Origin: an uncultured cyanobacterium
GTDB lineage: Bacteria; Cyanobacteriota; Cyanobacteriia; Cyanobacteriales; Microcystaceae
Assembly (NCBI GenBank): GCA_963807635.1
Contig: CAWEDJ010000010.1
Location: 1 to 56,192, forward strand
Length of the DNA: 56,192 nucleotides
Direction of reading: 5' to 3'
Positions 53,362-56,192 of this stretch are shown in pieces (position 1 is the stretch's first letter; every line of letters starts with the position of its first letter). The position numbers were made by a program, and so were the translations under genes. The notes under the pieces are model-generated. The model was not told the DNA's origin and did not search any database. It saw only the letters and a program-made list of their open reading frames with translations.

Positions 53362-54924
53362 CTATACAATCATTTTCTGGGATTTACCCTGATAGTACTT
53401 ATAATATTCCCGACGGGTATGGTCAGTCGAGCCGTTGACGATCAAACCCATCACCGATAAATTAGAAAGTTTTAATTCGAGTAGTGCTTCTTTGATTAAA
53501 TTTTGATCGGTATACCCCATCCGTGCAACTAATAAAATGCCATCCGATTGATTCGCAATTAACTTAGTATCCGATAGCCCTAAAACAGGGGGAGCATCAA
53601 TCAAAATCAGATCAAATTCACTCTTCCAATCATTGAGAACTTTGTATAATTCTTTTCCTTCCATCATCATAGAAAGGCTGAGATTCTCGTACTGTACAAT
53701 ATAAAAATTGTCTCTCAATTTTTCGGTATTCATCCCCTGCGCGTGAATCGTCTGGGGATTAAAATGAGGAAAAGACGAAGCTGAGGACTGACTCGGACTA
53801 GTTTTTGCTAACGTTTGCCAGTATTCCTTTTGGGGGAAATAGCGATCGCCGTCCACGAGTAAAACCTTATGTCTCATATTGGCAGCCGCCTGGGCCAGAA
53901 AAAAAGAAGTCGTTGATTTGCCCTCCCCTGGGGAAGCAGAACTAATGACTAAAGTTGCCTTACTTTGTCTTTGTCGAAGAAAAAAGAGATTAGTATAGAG
54001 AAAGGCATAGGATTCTAAAAAAGACACCCAGTTCTCCAGTTCTTTTTTCAACGATCTGTCGAAAGCTTGCAGATTTTTAGATTTTTTTAAATAAGAAATA
54101 GACTTTAAAAAAGGAATAGTTCCCAGAATTTTTAACTCTGTTAACTTGGCTAAATCTTCTGAACTTTGCAGTTTGCTGTCTAAAGTCTCTAAAATAATTC
54201 CGATGGCAACTGCTGACACTAAGCCCGCAAGTAATGATAATAAAATGTTTCTTGCTAGTCGACTTTCGGGTTTTTCTGGCATCTTAATCTGGGAAACCAA
54301 CTCCCAGGGACTAAAACTTTTGGCGGTTTCAATCTGTAATAACTGTCGAGCAGTTAATAGGGACGCTAAACTTTGATTCTCAATTTCCAGTTCTCCTGCC
54401 AATTCGGCATATCCCCCTGCACTACGAGCAAAGTTTTGTACCTGCTGGCGAACTTCCTGTTCATTGAGTGCGATCGCGGACTGACGGGCTTGCAATCGCT
54501 TAACTTGATTAATCGCAACCAGCAGTTGGGCTGTTAGATTTTGGCGAATACTATTTGGCTCCACCAATCCTTCAATAAATTGATCTCCTAATTGATTGGC
54601 ATTAATCGGTAACTTTTTCAGCGCGATCTTGACCGCTTCCTTAATTAAGCTTAAAAGATTGTTTCGTTCAGCTCGCAATTGTTGAACAATGGGACTATCT
54701 TCTGTAAAACGGGTAGAGGCGTTAGCCAATTGAGCGTCTATTTGCTGGAGTTTGTCGAGTAAACTGCGATAGCGGGGAGATTCATTCAGGGCATTGAGGG
54801 CTACGGCTTCCTGTTGGGAAATACCAAGTTGTTGACCCAGATTTTGATAAAGGGCGATCGCATCTTTTAGCTCAGCCTTATTCGTTTGTTTAGCTTTATT
54901 TAGCTCCTTTAATCCGTCAGCGAT
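53362..54924 (-). pseudogene. GumC/Wzc polysaccharide chain-length regulator/tyrosine autokinase, 3' portion cut by IS3
   Basis: The frame is open from the IS boundary (IADGLKEL...ESPRYRSLL..LQQID). It has a TM, Walker A PGEGKST, LIDAPP and a Tyr cluster EYYKYY; the N-terminal TM and start are missing. Confidence 0.85.
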
Positions 54925-55006
54925 TGAGGTGGCCCCAATAGGCTGAACAAAAATAGCGGGGAGTGAAGCTCTGAAGTTAACGGACTCCCTAACTAAAAAC
55001 GTTCTC

Positions 55007-55828
55007 TCAAGTCAAATTCAAACTTTGACCGTAGACTTGCTCTGGCGTTTGATATTCTAAGGCTTGATGGAAACGTTCCTTATTATAGAAATTAAACCAT
55101 TTCTTTACCTCTTCTGTCAAGTGTTTTCCATCCTCAAAGGAATAAATATAAATTAATTCGTATTTCAGAGAACGCCACAATCTTTCAATAAAAATATTGT
55201 CGTAGCAACGTCCTCTTCCATCCATACTAATTTTGATGTTTTCTTGCTTTAAACATCCTGTAAATTCCTTTGAAGTAAATTGGCTTCCTTGATCACTATT
55301 AAAGATGTCTGGTTTGCCATAAATTAATAATGCTTCCTCCAAAGCTGACTTACAAAAATAAACATCCATCGTGTTACTCATCCTCCATGATAAGACTTTA
55401 CGGCTAAACCAATCCATAATGGCGACTAGATAAAAGTGTCCTTTTCCTATTGGCAAATAGGTGATGTCGGTACACCACACTTGATTGGCTTTTTCAATGC
55501 TTAACTCTCGTAATAAGTAAGGATAAATTTGATGCTCAGGGTTTCGTATTGTTGTTCGTTTCTTTGGGTAAATTGCTTGTATCCCCAATTGATTCATCAA
55601 TCGTATCACTCTTTTTCGATTTACCTCATAACCCAACGTATTGAGGTATACTGTCATTTTTCTACTCCCATAAAATGGTGTTTTCATATATTGCTCATCC
55701 AACAGTCTCAATAGCGTTAATTCTTCGGAACTTATTTCCTTCGGTTCGTAATAATAACTCGAACGACTTATTCCTAATAATTCACATTGACGTTGGATAC
55801 ACAATTCAGGATGCTTGGGGTCTACCAA
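55007..55828 (-). CDS. IS3 transposase OrfB (DDE integrase core)
   Basis: YGSRKM, WCTDITY, NSDQGSQF and NIFIERLWRSLKYE. Confidence 0.95.
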   Translation of the reverse strand: MVDPKHPELCIQRQCELLGISRSSYYYEPKEISSEELTLLRLLDEQYMKTPFYGSRKMTVYLNTLGYEVNRKRVIRLMNQLGIQAIYPKKRTTIRNPEHQIYPYLLRELSIEKANQVWCTDITYLPIGKGHFYLVAIMDWFSRKVLSWRMSNTMDVYFCKSALEEALLIYGKPDIFNSDQGSQFTSKEFTGCLKQENIKISMDGRGRCYDNIFIERLWRSLKYELIYIYSFEDGKHLTEEVKKWFNFYNKERFHQALEYQTPEQVYGQSLNLT

Positions 55829-56139
55829 GGTTTTTCGGTCGGCAGCCCCAATTGTACCGACCTGTCTACTAAAAAATCTCGCTCGACTTTTAGCTTTCCT
55901 ATTTGTCGATATAGTTCATCTATCTGGGTTTCAGCTTTTTCTTTTATTTCTTTTCCTTGTTTTTCTGTCTCAAAGATTTGACTAGCTTCTTCCAATATTT
56001 TTCTTTTCCATCCATTAATCATTGTTGGATGAATTTCATATTGACTGGCTAATTCAGATACCGTTTTTTCTCCTCGAATTGCTTCTAAGGCGACTTTGGC
56101 TTTGAACTGGGCACCGTACTGTTTTTTCTTGTTGCTCAT
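55822..56139 (-). CDS. IS3 transposase OrfA (HTH)
   Basis: FKAKVALEAIRGEKTVSELASQYEIHP..I..WK and LY.QIG.LKVERDFL; AGGAG RBS. Confidence 0.93.
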   Translation of the reverse strand: MSNKKKQYGAQFKAKVALEAIRGEKTVSELASQYEIHPTMINGWKRKILEEASQIFETEKQGKEIKEKAETQIDELYRQIGKLKVERDFLVDRSVQLGLPTEKPW

Positions 56140-56192
56140 AAATCTCCTGGGTTTCGATTTAGAGCTTACACTACTGTCCAGTTTTGGGGGGC

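Larger units (their letters stand above)
54925..56192 (-). mobile_element. IS3-family insertion sequence (one end cut by the window edge)
   Basis: The end TGAGGTGGCCCCAATAGGCTGAACA...GTGAAGCTCT is an imperfect inverted match to AGAGCTTACACTACTGTCCAGTTTTGGGGGGC at the window end; orfA/orfB organisation. Confidence 0.92.

Noticed and set aside
54846..54861. Inverted 16 bp match (GCGATCGCCCTTTATC) to the 35006 repeat inside wzc
   Set aside because: It lies in frame within coding sequence (D-A-I-A-L-Y) with no boundary at it. It is probably chance given HIP1 abundance, and is a caution that short HIP1 extensions can recur.
1..56192. CRISPR array, tRNA or rRNA genes
   Set aside because: No regularly spaced repeat-spacer series or recognisable structural RNA gene was seen. 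The HIP1-cored repeats have only 2-3 copies with gene-sized spacing.
1..56192. High HIP1 density as a novelty in itself
   Set aside because: This is a well-known property of many cyanobacterial genomes. Only the extended, boundary-associated copies were kept as findings.
1..56192. Composite transposon formed by the two terminal IS elements
   Set aside because: The elements belong to different families and enclose housekeeping genes. More likely the contig or window simply ends at repeats.

Overview
A 56 kb cyanobacterial chromosome segment. The evidence is dense HIP1 octamers (GCGATCGC), tandem nblA1-nblA2 with an HLR1/RpaB box, cpcF, rbp3, Tab2, a panC/cmk fusion and split-intein dnaE-n. 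A unicellular Synechocystis-like organism is my inference. The window is bounded by an IS701-family remnant on the left and an IS3-family element on the right, which interrupts a GumC/Wzc gene. Most content is housekeeping: GH116, pgsA, moaD, mnmA, modBC, rpiA, lpxB-like, bolA-grxD, corA, pmbA, FKBP, glgP. Many of these genes are split by single indels that cluster at GGCC sites and homopolymers, so most are probably sequencing errors. The most striking signal is that accessory modules sit between direct repeats built on HIP1. A 3.9 kb decayed restriction/toxin-antitoxin island lies between identical 17 bp repeats. A 1.1 kb VapBC unit with an unannotated tyrosine-recombinase fragment lies between 31 bp repeats. 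Other internal module junctions also fall at HIP1 sites. This suggests HIP1-anchored, cassette-like gain and loss of defence genes (inference). Also present are an orphan sxtI/J/K-like triad, a DUF6888/DUF6887 pair with an unusual long fusion, a MITE and REP-like palindromes. No rRNA, tRNA or CRISPR array was seen.
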